Assembly: GCA_965219095.1 (NCBI GenBank)
Contig: CBDCMT010000001.1
Location: 1,376,001 to 1,440,000 of the forward strand
From: Bdellovibrionales bacterium
GTDB lineage: Bacteria; Bdellovibrionota; Bdellovibrionia; Bdellovibrionales; UBA1609
Length of the DNA: 64,000 nucleotides
Direction of reading: 5' to 3'
Part shown: piece after piece, positions 46,532 to 57,352 of the stretch
Layout of the letters: every line of letters starts with the position of its first letter
How positions within the stretch are numbered: the first letter of the stretch is position 1
Notes under the pieces: model-generated
Database searches by the model: none
Seen by the model: the letters and a program-made list of their open reading frames with translations, nothing else
Told to the model about the DNA's origin: nothing
Position numbers and translations under genes: made by a program

Positions 46532-47838
46532 GACATTTTTATGTTCAAATTTAAAATTTTAAAATTGACTTAAGGAAAAGCTTCAGTTAAGAGATTTTAA
46601 AAAAACTTCTTTTGAGGGGAGGTTAAGTTTTCATAAGATAAGTTTATTTCAGGTATATCTATTTGTTGTGTAAATCGATTGATGGGTTAAAATAAGTGAA
46701 AAAGTGAGGGTAAAATTTAAAATGAAAAAATCAGTTACACAATTTAATTTATAGGTTCAAATTAATTTACAAACTTGATTCATCTTGTTGTTTTGCCCAA
46801 GATCGAGTGCATAATTTTTTTAATCCTGCCCTCCTGATCGCAAAAAGTATTCCAGGCCTCACAACAAGTATTCACTATATGGTCATAGTTTTTAAAACAT
46901 GCATTCGATAATTTGATCCTTCGTAATTGTTGCCAGACTTGTTCCATGGGATTTAATTCTGGACTATAAGGAGGTAAAGGCATCAGAGATAAATTCTTAG
47001 GAACTATCAAAGTCTCTGTGGTATGCCAACTGGCTCTGTCCATTAAAACAATTCCATGATAGTTTTCTTGAATATTTTTAGATATCTCATCTAAGTGAAT
47101 TTGCATCATCCCTGAATTACATTCCGGTAAAATCCAAGCACAGCCTTTATCTTTATCCGGACAAACTGCTCCAAAAATATAAGTGGATAAAAATTGTCTT
47201 TGCCTCACAACTCTAGGCCGTGTGCCTTTTCTTGCCCAAATCCTGCTCAAAGAACCTTGCTGAGCTTATTCTGCATTCATCCTGCCACCAAATCTCTATT
47301 TTATGAGTCTGAATCTTTTCTTTTATTTTCTCCACCTCTTCTGGAAAATGTTCCTTAAACTGTTCCATAGCTTCTTAATGAACTTTTAGGATGAAGAGAA
47401 CGACCACTGATCCATACAATATTAAGGCGGTCTAAAGAAACATAAACCCCAGAAAGAGAATAGCAACAGTTAAATTCATCTGCTAAAAGTTTCTGTATTC
47501 CCTTTGCTCCTATGCTTCCTCCCTCTCTTTTGTCTTGAATTTCATCTAACTTGATTTTGAACCTCTCTTCTTCTGTTACTGGCAAACGAGGCTTGCGTCC
47601 TCTGCCTTCTCGATCTATCAATCCCTCGTAATCAAAGTCTACAAAAAAAGACTGTAACCAGGATTTGATACTGTGACGGTGATACAAAACCATACCTGCT
47701 GTTTCTTGAATCGATTTTCCTTCTTGCATATGCTGCAAAGCCAATAATTTTGTCTTGATGTTGGCACTTCTTTCTACTTTGTAAGTAGCTAGAAAATTAT
47801 ACCCTTGAATCTGTGTAACTAAATCTTTTTTCGACGAC

Positions 47839-47889
47839 GGTAAATCAAAAAGACAGGTCACTGGTTTAAGCCATGATAGTGACCCTAAA
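47839..47889 (+). mobile_element. Second IS110 left end
   Basis: Identical to 45822-45872; joined after TTTTCGACGAC. Confidence 0.75.
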
Positions 47890-48312
47890 AGATTTTTCGA
47901 TTACCTCTTTCTGATAGTACAAATTAACAATATCTTTTGCAGAGATCTTTTTTGTAGAAAATATACAAGAGTAACCATCAAACTCAGCTTCTAAATTCAA
48001 TCGATCTCTCCTTAATCTTCCCGTTGTAGTAAGGTATTTTTCCAAACCTAGCTTTATACTTTTATTTTTAGACAAAAGAATTTGTGCGTTTGCAATCTCG
48101 TCCAGACGAGATTCTCTTATATCTAAAGCCCTCCTTTGATTATAACAAACAACTAAACGTCCTTTGATTTTTCCAATATTGTGATTAATGCTCTGAGCAT
48201 ACAAGGTGCCACTTGATAACCTGATGCGATGGGATACATCAACAATAAAGCCTAGCTTTATCATTTTTCTAATCACATCCTTCTCTTTTTTTCGGAGAGC
48301 AATCCCACAAAG
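47890..48312 (-). mobile_element. IS1634 transposase internal fragment
   Basis: LVVCYN, FDGYSCIFST, YYQKEVIEKSFR. Confidence 0.75.
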
Positions 48313-48399
48313 GTAACTGTTCAGAAAGATTCTAGTTAAAGCCTTTCGCCATAACCACCTAGACCCTTTAGCCTTTGAACTATATCATTTTTCTAAAAA

Positions 48400-50643
48400 T
48401 TAGAAGTTAACTTTAAGAGAATGTACTTTTTTGCTTCCTGTGTTAAGCTTAATAAGTCTTTTTTTCCCTTGCTTATTTTCAATTCTTATTTGTACAACGT
48501 GATTCATAGGAACTTTATAAGAAAATTTCCACTGTTGTCCTGTAGGAGGAGGCATCTTCCTATTATTGATAAAAATATTTACTTCCTGTATGGGACGTAT
48601 ATCTAGGTATATAGTAGAATATGAAGCCTTAATAAGTTTAATGTCGATAGAATAATTCTTTTTTAAACCTTCTTGTTCTTCACTCTTAGTAGTGAAAGTA
48701 CCTTTATAGTTAATATAGCCTGACTTCTTAAGCTCTAATCTAAATTCCTTCTTGGGATTAAAAAAGAGTTTTCTTGGAGTAATACCTCTATACTTATTAT
48801 CTATATAAATTGATGCTCCCGAAGGATTGGTTCTAAAAATGAAGGATTTTGGAATGGGCTTCTGGTTTTCTACAGATGTAAAAATTTTGGTGTTTTCTTT
48901 GTCCTCTTTGAGCTTTGAAGTCTTATCTGATGAGGAATTATGATCTGTTGGGTCTGGATTTAAATAATATAATACATTTTTAGTATATTTTATTTTGTCT
49001 AAATGGGGTATGCTTTTCACAAATTCATAAGCAATGCGTTTTACTTTCCTGTCTTCAGGGATACTAAATTTATAGACAAAAAGGAAATAAAAAAGAAAAC
49101 CTGTATAGAAAAATAGGAAAGAGTAGCCTAAAAAAAATAAGGTTTTGTTAATAAAAATTTTTGCTATACTTTTAGTGGTACTTTTTTCCGCTAAGATCTT
49201 CCTTCTATCATAACCACGGACATGTTTTTTTTCAAATTCTTTTGCTAATTTTTCATAGTTTGTTTTTCTATGTTCCTGTAATAAAGAACGATCTAAATCT
49301 ATTATTTTTTCTGCATAAGAATCTCTAAGGACCTCTTTAAGAGAATCTCGATCTCTTTTAGAATGGGTTCTGTCTCCTTTTTCTTTATGCTTTATAGCAT
49401 CTTCAACTTTAGCTATAGGATCTTTTAAATATTCTCTATCAGTATCCAATTCTAAAATTACTTTTCTAGATGGCTTTTCTAATTTTGCAATTTTTCTATC
49501 TTCTTCGGCAAAAGTGTTTTCACCAATGGAAAACTTATTTGTACGTTCTGAAAGATCTCCTTCTACAAAAAATTCTTCTATATCGTCTGTATTAAGATCT
49601 GTATGAGCCTCTGTGTTTTCCTCTATATGATGATATATTCTTTTCATGTGAAGCTTATATCTTTCAGAAAACTCTTCTATTTCTCCATAAAATATTTTTG
49701 ATAGATCTTTAGCAATTTCTGATTCATTAAAAATAGGATAACTGCGATTCATAAACTCAGAAAGATCTTTATACATAGCCTTTGCTGTTTGATAACGATT
49801 ATCAGGATCTCTTTCTAAAGCTTTACTAACAATTCTTTGGACATAGCTTGAAATGTTGGGATTATACGCACTAAGCTTTGGTATTTCTAGGTTTTGAATC
49901 TTTTTTAAACTCTCTCGCTCATTACTTCCATGAAACAGGCGCTTTCCTGTTAATAACTCCCATAAAACAATTCCCAAAGAAAAAATATCTGTTCTATGAT
50001 CTAAAGGACTTCCTTTAGATTGCTCAGGACTCATGTAGCTAAACTTCCCTTTAAGTGTCCCTGCCTCAGTTTCTTCTGTGACACCTAAAGCTTTTGCAAT
50101 ACCAAAATCCACAATCTTCACAGATCCTTGAAAGCTTATCATAATGTTTTGCGGACTAATATCTCTATGAATAACCCGCCTTACATCTTCAGTATGATAT
50201 TTAAATTTATGAGCATAATCTAAACCATTGGCAATTTCTTTAACAAGATAAAGAATGGCAGGTAAAGATAAACTTTGTTTTTTGGAGCTTAATTTTCTTG
50301 TAATCTGACGTAAATTGCGACCTTCGATAAATTCCATAACAAGATACAAGTTCCCCTTGAATTCACCAAACTTGTAGATGGAGACAATGTTGTTATGGCT
50401 GAGTTTTGTAGCCATACGAGCTTCATCTTCAAACATCTCTTTGAGATTTTGAGCTTCACCGGAAAGCTCTTTGTTGCTAGCATACTTGTTATGTATAGTT
50501 TTAAGGGCAAAAAGCTTTCCAATGCCCTTAACAGCCTTCTTAGGGTAGGCCAAATGAACCTCAGCCATACCTCCTACTGCAAGCTTCTCTAATAAGAAGT
50601 ATTCATCAAAGGTTTTTAGCGGTTCTGAAGGATCTATTTTCAT
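48400..50643 (-). CDS. Hanks-type Ser/Thr kinase with TM helix and C-terminal PEGA domain
   Basis: GGMAEV, ALK, HRDISPQN, DFGIAK, YMSPEQ, DIFSLG; TNPSGASIYID (PEGA); likely start MKIDP. Confidence 0.93.
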   Translation of the reverse strand: MKIDPSEPLKTFDEYFLLEKLAVGGMAEVHLAYPKKAVKGIGKLFALKTIHNKYASNKELSGEAQNLKEMFEDEARMATKLSHNNIVSIYKFGEFKGNLYLVMEFIEGRNLRQITRKLSSKKQSLSLPAILYLVKEIANGLDYAHKFKYHTEDVRRVIHRDISPQNIMISFQGSVKIVDFGIAKALGVTEETEAGTLKGKFSYMSPEQSKGSPLDHRTDIFSLGIVLWELLTGKRLFHGSNERESLKKIQNLEIPKLSAYNPNISSYVQRIVSKALERDPDNRYQTAKAMYKDLSEFMNRSYPIFNESEIAKDLSKIFYGEIEEFSERYKLHMKRIYHHIEENTEAHTDLNTDDIEEFFVEGDLSERTNKFSIGENTFAEEDRKIAKLEKPSRKVILELDTDREYLKDPIAKVEDAIKHKEKGDRTHSKRDRDSLKEVLRDSYAEKIIDLDRSLLQEHRKTNYEKLAKEFEKKHVRGYDRRKILAEKSTTKSIAKIFINKTLFFLGYSFLFFYTGFLFYFLFVYKFSIPEDRKVKRIAYEFVKSIPHLDKIKYTKNVLYYLNPDPTDHNSSSDKTSKLKEDKENTKIFTSVENQKPIPKSFIFRTNPSGASIYIDNKYRGITPRKLFFNPKKEFRLELKKSGYINYKGTFTTKSEEQEGLKKNYSIDIKLIKASYSTIYLDIRPIQEVNIFINNRKMPPPTGQQWKFSYKVPMNHVVQIRIENKQGKKRLIKLNTGSKKVHSLKVNF

Positions 50644-50652
50644 ATCATAAGA

Positions 50653-50680
50653 ATATCGGCATAAAAAGCTTAAAACATAA
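50653..50680 (-). promoter_or_regulatory. Possible sigma-28-type promoter of the kinase gene
   Basis: GCCGATAT -10 element 9 nt upstream of ATG; -35 element weak. Confidence 0.3.
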
Positions 50681-50752
50681 ATCTTAATAGCTCTCAACCC
50701 TATAAAATAAGAATTTTTTGTTATTTTATTGGAAATTTAGTAAGACTAAAGA

Positions 50753-51466
50753 CTAGCCATCTTTTAAATGATCTTCGAAGAAATGGGGTGCTGTAACTGA
50801 AAACCAGGACTTTTTAGGAGTACATGTGCCGCAATGGACTGTGTCTAAAAAAATGATTTGAACTTCAGGGGCTTCTTTTTCTATACGCAATAGGTTTTTA
50901 GGATCGTTATCAAAAAACCAAACCTCTTCAAATCTCTTTGCTAAAAGCCTAATAACATAAGTTTTGTAAATCGAATCAACATCTTGAAAATCTTCTTTTT
51001 TGAGAAAGAGGTGATCATGAATAACAGGAAAACTCCATTTTTTTAATACCTTTTGAGTGTGTGTGCGTGATTTTTCCGAACGTGCTGTAAGGTAGAAAAT
51101 TTGATTTTGGTTTTTCGCAAGTTTTTGCACAAAATCTACAGCTCCTTTATAAGGAAGATCATACTGAAAACTTTCTCCTCTGAAAAAATGTTCTTGCCAA
51201 AATACATTTAAATACTTTACAAAATCTTTTGAAAAACCGCTCCCATACTTTTGAAAAGTATCTTTTAAGCCCCAATCTTTAAATTTTATACCTATTGTTT
51301 TAACTTTTCTACACTCTTTAGGGAATTTTTTCATGATATGTGGCAGTTGAATGAATGTATATACAATTTTTTTCGTACGCTGGCTTACATCAAATAGAGT
51401 GGAGTCTAAATCAAAAACAACAGCAATACCTCCATGACTTTTTGCTAAAAGCTCTTTAAGCTTCAT
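50753..51466 (-). CDS. HAD-superfamily hydrolase
   Basis: VFDLDST, YLTAR, FFDND. Confidence 0.85.
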   Translation of the reverse strand: MKLKELLAKSHGGIAVVFDLDSTLFDVSQRTKKIVYTFIQLPHIMKKFPKECRKVKTIGIKFKDWGLKDTFQKYGSGFSKDFVKYLNVFWQEHFFRGESFQYDLPYKGAVDFVQKLAKNQNQIFYLTARSEKSRTHTQKVLKKWSFPVIHDHLFLKKEDFQDVDSIYKTYVIRLLAKRFEEVWFFDNDPKNLLRIEKEAPEVQIIFLDTVHCGTCTPKKSWFSVTAPHFFEDHLKDG

Positions 51467-51716
51467 AAGTAAACCTCTTTTAAATAAAGAAAAGATAACA
51501 TAAATCCATGGCAGGGAGAGTTTATTTTATTAAAACGAAAAAATAAACTCTCTGTACCAACCAACTTTATAGAAATGTCTTCAAAAGGACCCATTTTTTG
51601 TTCTCCTAATAACAACACATATAAATTTTCAACACTATCGTAAAGATAGCTTCCAGATCTTAATTATAATAATAGAAAGAGGAAATCAAGGGAAAATTTC
51701 TTTATACGAGGAGCTA

Positions 51717-52130
51717 GAGCGTGTCGTCAATTAATTTAACCAAACCATAGAAGAAGCTAACATCACCTAAGCCTAAGAAGTTTTTTACCCTTTTTTCATA
51801 TCTTGTTGTTACTCCTCCCAAAGTTCTTTAATTTGAAAAAACCATTCTTTCAATTTTGTTTCTCAATTTGTAAATCTTCTTATCGTAAAATCTCTGAACT
51901 TTTCTATTAATCTTTAGTGGTATAACAGCTTCAGACCTTTACTCTTTTATCTGATCCACAAATTCTTGTTTATCATACACTCTTTAGCTATAACAAAATC
52001 ACAGTTCAAACCTCTTATTAAATCAGAAGCTTGAGTGATGCCATGTGCTTCTCCTCTTGTTGAACTCAAACGCACAGGCACCGCCTAAGCCATCACTTAT
52101 AAGATGAATTTTTGTACTTAAACCTCCTCC
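51717..52130 (-). mobile_element. Decayed IS5 (IS427-like) remnant
   Basis: End GAGCGTGTCGTCAATT; fragments TKIHLISD, VYDK, YDKKIYKLRNKIE. Confidence 0.65.
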
Positions 52131-52275
52131 TTAAAGAACCTTGTTGAGCTTATTCTGCATTCATCCTGCCACCAAATCTCTATTTTATTAGTCTGAATCT
52201 TTTCCTTTATTTTCTCCACCTCTTCTGGAAAATGTTCCTTCAAACTGTTCCATAGCTTCTTAATGAACTTTTAGG

Positions 52276-53808
52276 GTAACTGCTCACCTACATTGTTCAG
52301 TTATCCCTAACTTTAGATCTGTTTTAAGATAAAAGTCTTGCTCTTACAGATTTTCTTTTAAATACTTTTTTCAAATGACAATAAATAAGACCTCCATCAG
52401 AAATGAGATTGAAAATATAAGAAGTGACTTTGATAAGTTTGCAAAGAAAGGTTCTGTGCCTACTGAGATTTCTGTGATTGTTGAATCTCTCTTTAAGGTT
52501 GTGAACATTCTGATTGTTGTGTTTTTAGAAAAACAGGTTTGAAAAAATTCCAGCAACAGCGGTCTTCCTCCTTCGCAAGATTTTAGTCGTCAAGGGAATC
52601 GTAATAAGAAAGCTAGTGGGAGTCAAAAAAAGGGCTCTAGACTTGATAACAGTAAAGATACAAACAGTGAGGAGACTGTCTCTCCCTCAGAGTGTTCTCA
52701 GTGTGGGATGTGTTTAAAGACAGCAGAGGTAAAAAGCCTTGAAAAGCGTAAAAAGATTGATATTTTTTATGAAATTCAGACCCATACTGTAACTTCTGAG
52801 GTTAAGGATTGTCCCTCATGTGGAGCTAGAAATAAAGGTCAATTCCCTAAAGGTATGAGTGGTCCTCTTCAGTATGGTGTAGGCATTAGAGCTTCCATCA
52901 TCAATTTCATTATAGTTCAGATGCTGTCTTTTAGAGCGTGTTGGGGAACATTACATGGGGCTTATAGGTCGAATGATTTCTCCTGCAGTTATGTTGAGAT
53001 ACATTGCTGAATTAGGAGAGTTTCTTAAAAGTTGGGAAGAGCAGATGAAAGAAAAGATACTTGAATCAGAGGTCATTCATGTTGATGAGACCTCTATGAG
53101 GGTTAAGGGTAAAAACTACTGGATTCATACTTATAGTTCAGGAGAATTAGTCTTGCAGTTTCTCCACCTTTCAGGTGGAAGGGAAGCCATAAAAGATATT
53201 GGTCTCTTGGATAGATATGCAGGAGTGCTTGTGCATGATTGTTGGAGTCCTTACTTTTGTTATGATAAGATAACTCATGCTTTGTGTGTGGCTCACCTTT
53301 TGAGAGAGCTTAAATTTATAGAAGAAAGCAATGGATTCAAATGGGCTACAAATCTCAAAAAACTTCTTAAAGAGACTGTGGAGTTAGTTCATAAAAAAGA
53401 GTCAAGAGTTCTGACTCAAAAAGAGTACGAAACTCTTCAGAGAAGGTATAGGAGTATTCTTACAAAAGGCTTAAAAGAGCTTCCAGAATTTCCTAAGAAA
53501 AATGGCAAGAAAGGACGAATAAAGCATACACAAGCTCAAAACCTTTGGCTGCGATTTAAAAAGTATGAAGCAGAAATACTGTGCTTTGCTAAAAGAAAGA
53601 ACGTAGATCCTACTAATAACAGAGCTGAAAGAGATCTAAGAATGACTAAAGTGAAAAAGAAAGTGTCAGGGTGTTTCAGAACAGAAGAAATGGCGAAATA
53701 TTTTTGTCGCATTACCAGCTATGTTAAAACAATGAGAAATAAAGGGTATTCTTCTTTAGAAGCCATCTCTATGGCTTTAAATAAAAACTTACGAGAGTGA
53801 GCAGTTAC
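52276..53808 (+). mobile_element. ISBst12-like IS66 element, copy 2 (pseudogenised)
   Basis: Same IRs and sequence as 5301-6831; no TSD. Confidence 0.9.
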
Positions 53809-53816
53809 AAATTAAA

Positions 53817-54040
53817 TTAGTTTAAACTTTCGCCCATTCTTACTTCCTCTAAAACTTTCTGAGACTCCTATAAGGGTGCATCACTACAACAGTGCTTCTC
53901 ATACAAAACACCCCTAACTCATCTCCTTTTTGAAACCTCTGCTCTTCAAAAACTTCCAAACTTAAACTCTCCACATTCAAAGCCCTTACCATCACTACAA
54001 TGATTGTGTTTTTTGTTTCAAACTCTTCAACAAAAAAGAT
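53817..54040 (-). pseudogene. psd: Phosphatidylserine decarboxylase C-terminal remnant
   Basis: Manual translation VVMVRALNVESL...FQKGDELGVFCMRSTVVV, frameshift, EVRMGESL*. Confidence 0.6.
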
Positions 54041-54118
54041 AAGCCTTTTGTTTCGAAATCAGAAGATCGAATAAATTTTTCATAAAATAAGGTCTTACAG
54101 GCTAAAGAGAACCTTATA

Positions 54119-55217
54119 TAGTGCTTCCGCTTAGGTTTTCCGTTTTTTTTTGAGTTGAGGTCTAGTTTTTATTCTAAGGCCTTGATAAAAAGTCATTTAT
54201 TTTTAAAAATAGGTAACTGCTCTATGAACTATCTCTAGAGAAAAATATTAAATACGTAAAAAGGATTATGACAATTCTCCATTTAGATAAAGGTGAGTTG
54301 TGTAAAGATATTTCCCGTTTTCTTTTCATTGATGAGGGCACGATAAGAGCCTGTAGAGATCGTTATAACAAAGGTGGGATAGAGTGCTTAATCAACGACA
54401 ATTACAACCCTAAAAGGTCCTTTTTAACTAAGAAAGAGGAGAAAATGCTTTTAAAGGAGTTAGAAAAAAGAATTTTTCCGTCATCACAGTCTGTTATTCA
54501 GTTCATTGAGGAGAATTTTGGTGTTACGTACTCAACAAGTGGTGCGATTGATCTTCTCCATCGCCTTTGTTTTTCTTATAAAAAAGCCACAGCGATACCG
54601 GGTAAGGCAAAGAGAGAAGAGCAGAAAAAGTTTGTGCGTAAATACAAGAGAATTAAAAAGAAAGACGGTCCTGTTTACTTTGCTGATTCCACACATCCTG
54701 AGTGGGGCCCTACGATTTCATATGGTTGGATAAGAGAGGGTAAGAAGTTTGAAGTGAAGACCAATTCAGGCTGGAGAAAAAGAGTGAATGTTTGTGGAGC
54801 TATTGAGATCAATAGTTTGAAGACGGTAGTCAGGAGTTATAAGACAGTTAACCATGTTTCCATATGTGATATGCTCCATCATATTCGCAAGAAGCATCCC
54901 GATGAAAAAGAGATTCATCTTATCTTAGATGGGGCCGGATACAATAGATCGAAGTCTGTCAAGAAGTTAGCGAAAGAGTTGAATATAAAACTTGTTTATC
55001 TTCCTCCGTACTCACCGAATTTAAATCCTATAGAAAGACTTTGGAAGTTTATGAAAAAAGAGGTCACGGCGAATCGATATTATGAAAACTATGACGATTT
55101 CAAGGGAAGTTTAAGTCAATTTTTTAGAGGAATACGAAAACACAGATCTAAATTAGAAACTTTGATAACTGATAACTTCTCTATCTTAGGAAACTGAAAA
55201 CCTAAACGGAAGCACTA
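54119..55217 (+). mobile_element. IS630-family element B (transposase 54268-55197)
   Basis: IR TAGTGCTTCCG(C/T)TTAGGTTTTC, TA duplication; FADSTHP, LDGAGY, LPPYSPNLNPIERLW. Confidence 0.92.
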
Positions 55218-55345
55218 TAGATATGTTCATTTCAGGTATACTATTTGTTGTATGAATCAATTGATGGGTTAAAATAAGTTTGAAAAATTGAGGGTAAAAT
55301 TTAAAATGAAAAAATCAGTTACACAATTTGTTTACAGGCTCAAAT

Positions 55346-56707
55346 CTAAGGATTTAGGTAAGGAGACCATTTAGGAGTTTCATAATGGTAATTATCAAAA
55401 GTGATTCTTCTCACATACTCACCATCATATGACATAAGATAAAGTTGTTTGTTTGCTGTATGCCGATCACTAGCAAACACAATAAAACGACCATCAGGAG
55501 AAAAAGAAGGTGAAGCATGATGAGCCGCTCTTCCATTTTTCTTTACATAGCTTGTTAGTTTCTTAATTTGCTTTGTAGCCAAATCTAAGGAATAAATATC
55601 GTAATGAGCTTTTTGGTAGCTGGCAAACACAATGGCTTTTCCATCAGGTGACCATACAGGATTAGAATTGTAACGACCAGAAAAGGTTAATCTTTCGGTT
55701 TTTCTTCTGGCTAAAATGTCGGTCATATAAATCATAGGCTTTCCTCCCTTATTGGAAGAAAAAACCAAACGTCTTCCATCAGGAGAAATGTCAGGCTCTA
55801 AATTTAAGGTATGGGAAGGTTTTGTGATAATGGGTTTGAGGATTCGAGTCCTTAAGTCCATCCTGTAAATATGAGCCCCCCCTCTTTTGGAAAGCGTATA
55901 ATAAAGGTGTCTTCCTGTGGGATCAAAAACGGCTCCTGAATTCATACCTTTATGATGGGAGATTAACTTTGTTTTTTTTGTTTTTAAATCTAATAAAAAA
56001 AGATCGGGATTAAAAACTCCAGCACTTTTATGTTTTACGTAAGCTGTAAAAGCAATTTTATCTCCCTTTGGAGACCAAGCAGGAGATAAGGAAAGAGATC
56101 GAAATCCTCTACCTGTAACTTTTTTAAGATTCTCTCCGTTCCAATCCAAAGTATAAATTCCTTTTTTTCCTCTTACTTTCACTGTGGCAACTATTTTTGT
56201 AGAAAAAATACTTTTCTTTCCTGTGAGGGCTTTAATAAGATCATCGCAAAATCGATCTGCTATTTTATTAGAATAAGTCTGTTTGACCCTGTAAATTCTT
56301 CCAAAAGCCAGCTTTCCAGAACTTACATAGTAAGCATAAATTTCTAATTGTAATTGATCGCCTCTTGTTCTATAAGTCCCTCTGATAAGAAGATGGGCTT
56401 TAAGCACACGCCACTTCTCAAAATCAAAACCACGCCTGTCTTCTGATAAAGGTCTAGGGCTGACTTTTCTTACATCTTCTATAAAACTTTTAGGATTAAT
56501 CAAACGAAAAAACCCTGAAATATAAAGATGGCTTCTGATTCTTTTGTAAACTTTTTCTCCGTAATGACCTTTTCCTCCCTGATTGCGGAACTTAGGTAAA
56601 GCCAAAGAGGCTTGGCCTTTTTTAGCATGGCCCACATTGATAGATACTTTTTTGCAGACAGCATAAAAAGAAAAGCAAAAGAAAAAGAAAAATATAATAT
56701 ATTTCAT
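55346..56707 (-). CDS. tolB: TolB family protein
   Basis: TolB N-terminal domain plus PD40 repeats (PAWSPKG, ISPDG, WSPDG, FSPDG); operon context. Confidence 0.9.
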   Translation of the reverse strand: MKYIIFFFFFCFSFYAVCKKVSINVGHAKKGQASLALPKFRNQGGKGHYGEKVYKRIRSHLYISGFFRLINPKSFIEDVRKVSPRPLSEDRRGFDFEKWRVLKAHLLIRGTYRTRGDQLQLEIYAYYVSSGKLAFGRIYRVKQTYSNKIADRFCDDLIKALTGKKSIFSTKIVATVKVRGKKGIYTLDWNGENLKKVTGRGFRSLSLSPAWSPKGDKIAFTAYVKHKSAGVFNPDLFLLDLKTKKTKLISHHKGMNSGAVFDPTGRHLYYTLSKRGGAHIYRMDLRTRILKPIITKPSHTLNLEPDISPDGRRLVFSSNKGGKPMIYMTDILARRKTERLTFSGRYNSNPVWSPDGKAIVFASYQKAHYDIYSLDLATKQIKKLTSYVKKNGRAAHHASPSFSPDGRFIVFASDRHTANKQLYLMSYDGEYVRRITFDNYHYETPKWSPYLNP

Positions 56708-56710
56708 GAC

Positions 56711-57352
56711 TTACTCCGGAAACTTTAAAATAAAATTGATCTTATAAAACAATTTTTTAAGCCTATCGGGAGGACGAGGTAAAGGTTCAGCCTTTATTAT
56801 TGCCTCCAGAGCTTGTTGATCAAATAACTCATTTCCTGACTCTTTTATAAATGATTTTGTAATAATTCTTCCCTCATCGTCAAGGGTTACTTCAATAGTA
56901 GCACTAAGATTCGTTAAATCAAGCCATTGGGGTATGACAAAGTGCTTTCTTACGGCCATTCCCACTTCTTCATAGTATCTTTCCATAGAAAGACGATTAA
57001 GTCCTTCTAAGCTCTGCCCTTGGGAAAGGAAATTCCCCTTAAACATCGTTCTGGTCTCTTTTTGGGGCGATTTGTTGTCTTGATCTTCCTTTTTAAGGTT
57101 CTTTGGACTTTGCTTTTGCTTTAAAATAAGAGTTTTGTTATCTTTTTTTTTCTTTTGAGGAGGTCGTTTCTTTTTTACTTTTTTTGAGGTTCTTTCTATT
57201 TTTTTTATCTTATCAGGGAGATCAATAACATCCACTTTTAAAGAGGAAGTTATGTTTTTATGAAAAGAGAAATTCCAACTTAATAGAACAAAAACAGCTA
57301 AGTGAACTCCTAGGGAAACTTTCAACCAATATGGGAAATTTTTGTCTTTCAC
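56711..57352 (-). CDS. tolA: TolA/TonB family energy transducer
   Basis: TM with SxxxH (SLGVH), Lys-rich linker, ESGNELFDQQAL..AEPLPRPP. Confidence 0.8.
   Translation of the reverse strand: MKDKNFPYWLKVSLGVHLAVFVLLSWNFSFHKNITSSLKVDVIDLPDKIKKIERTSKKVKKKRPPQKKKKDNKTLILKQKQSPKNLKKEDQDNKSPQKETRTMFKGNFLSQGQSLEGLNRLSMERYYEEVGMAVRKHFVIPQWLDLTNLSATIEVTLDDEGRIITKSFIKESGNELFDQQALEAIIKAEPLPRPPDRLKKLFYKINFILKFPE

Larger units (their letters stand above)
45797..47835 (-). mobile_element. Degenerate IS630-A copy, its IR split by IS110 and its 5' end lost
   Basis: Homologous to 8151-9475; frameshifted ORFs 46780-47250 and 47355-47835. Confidence 0.88.
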
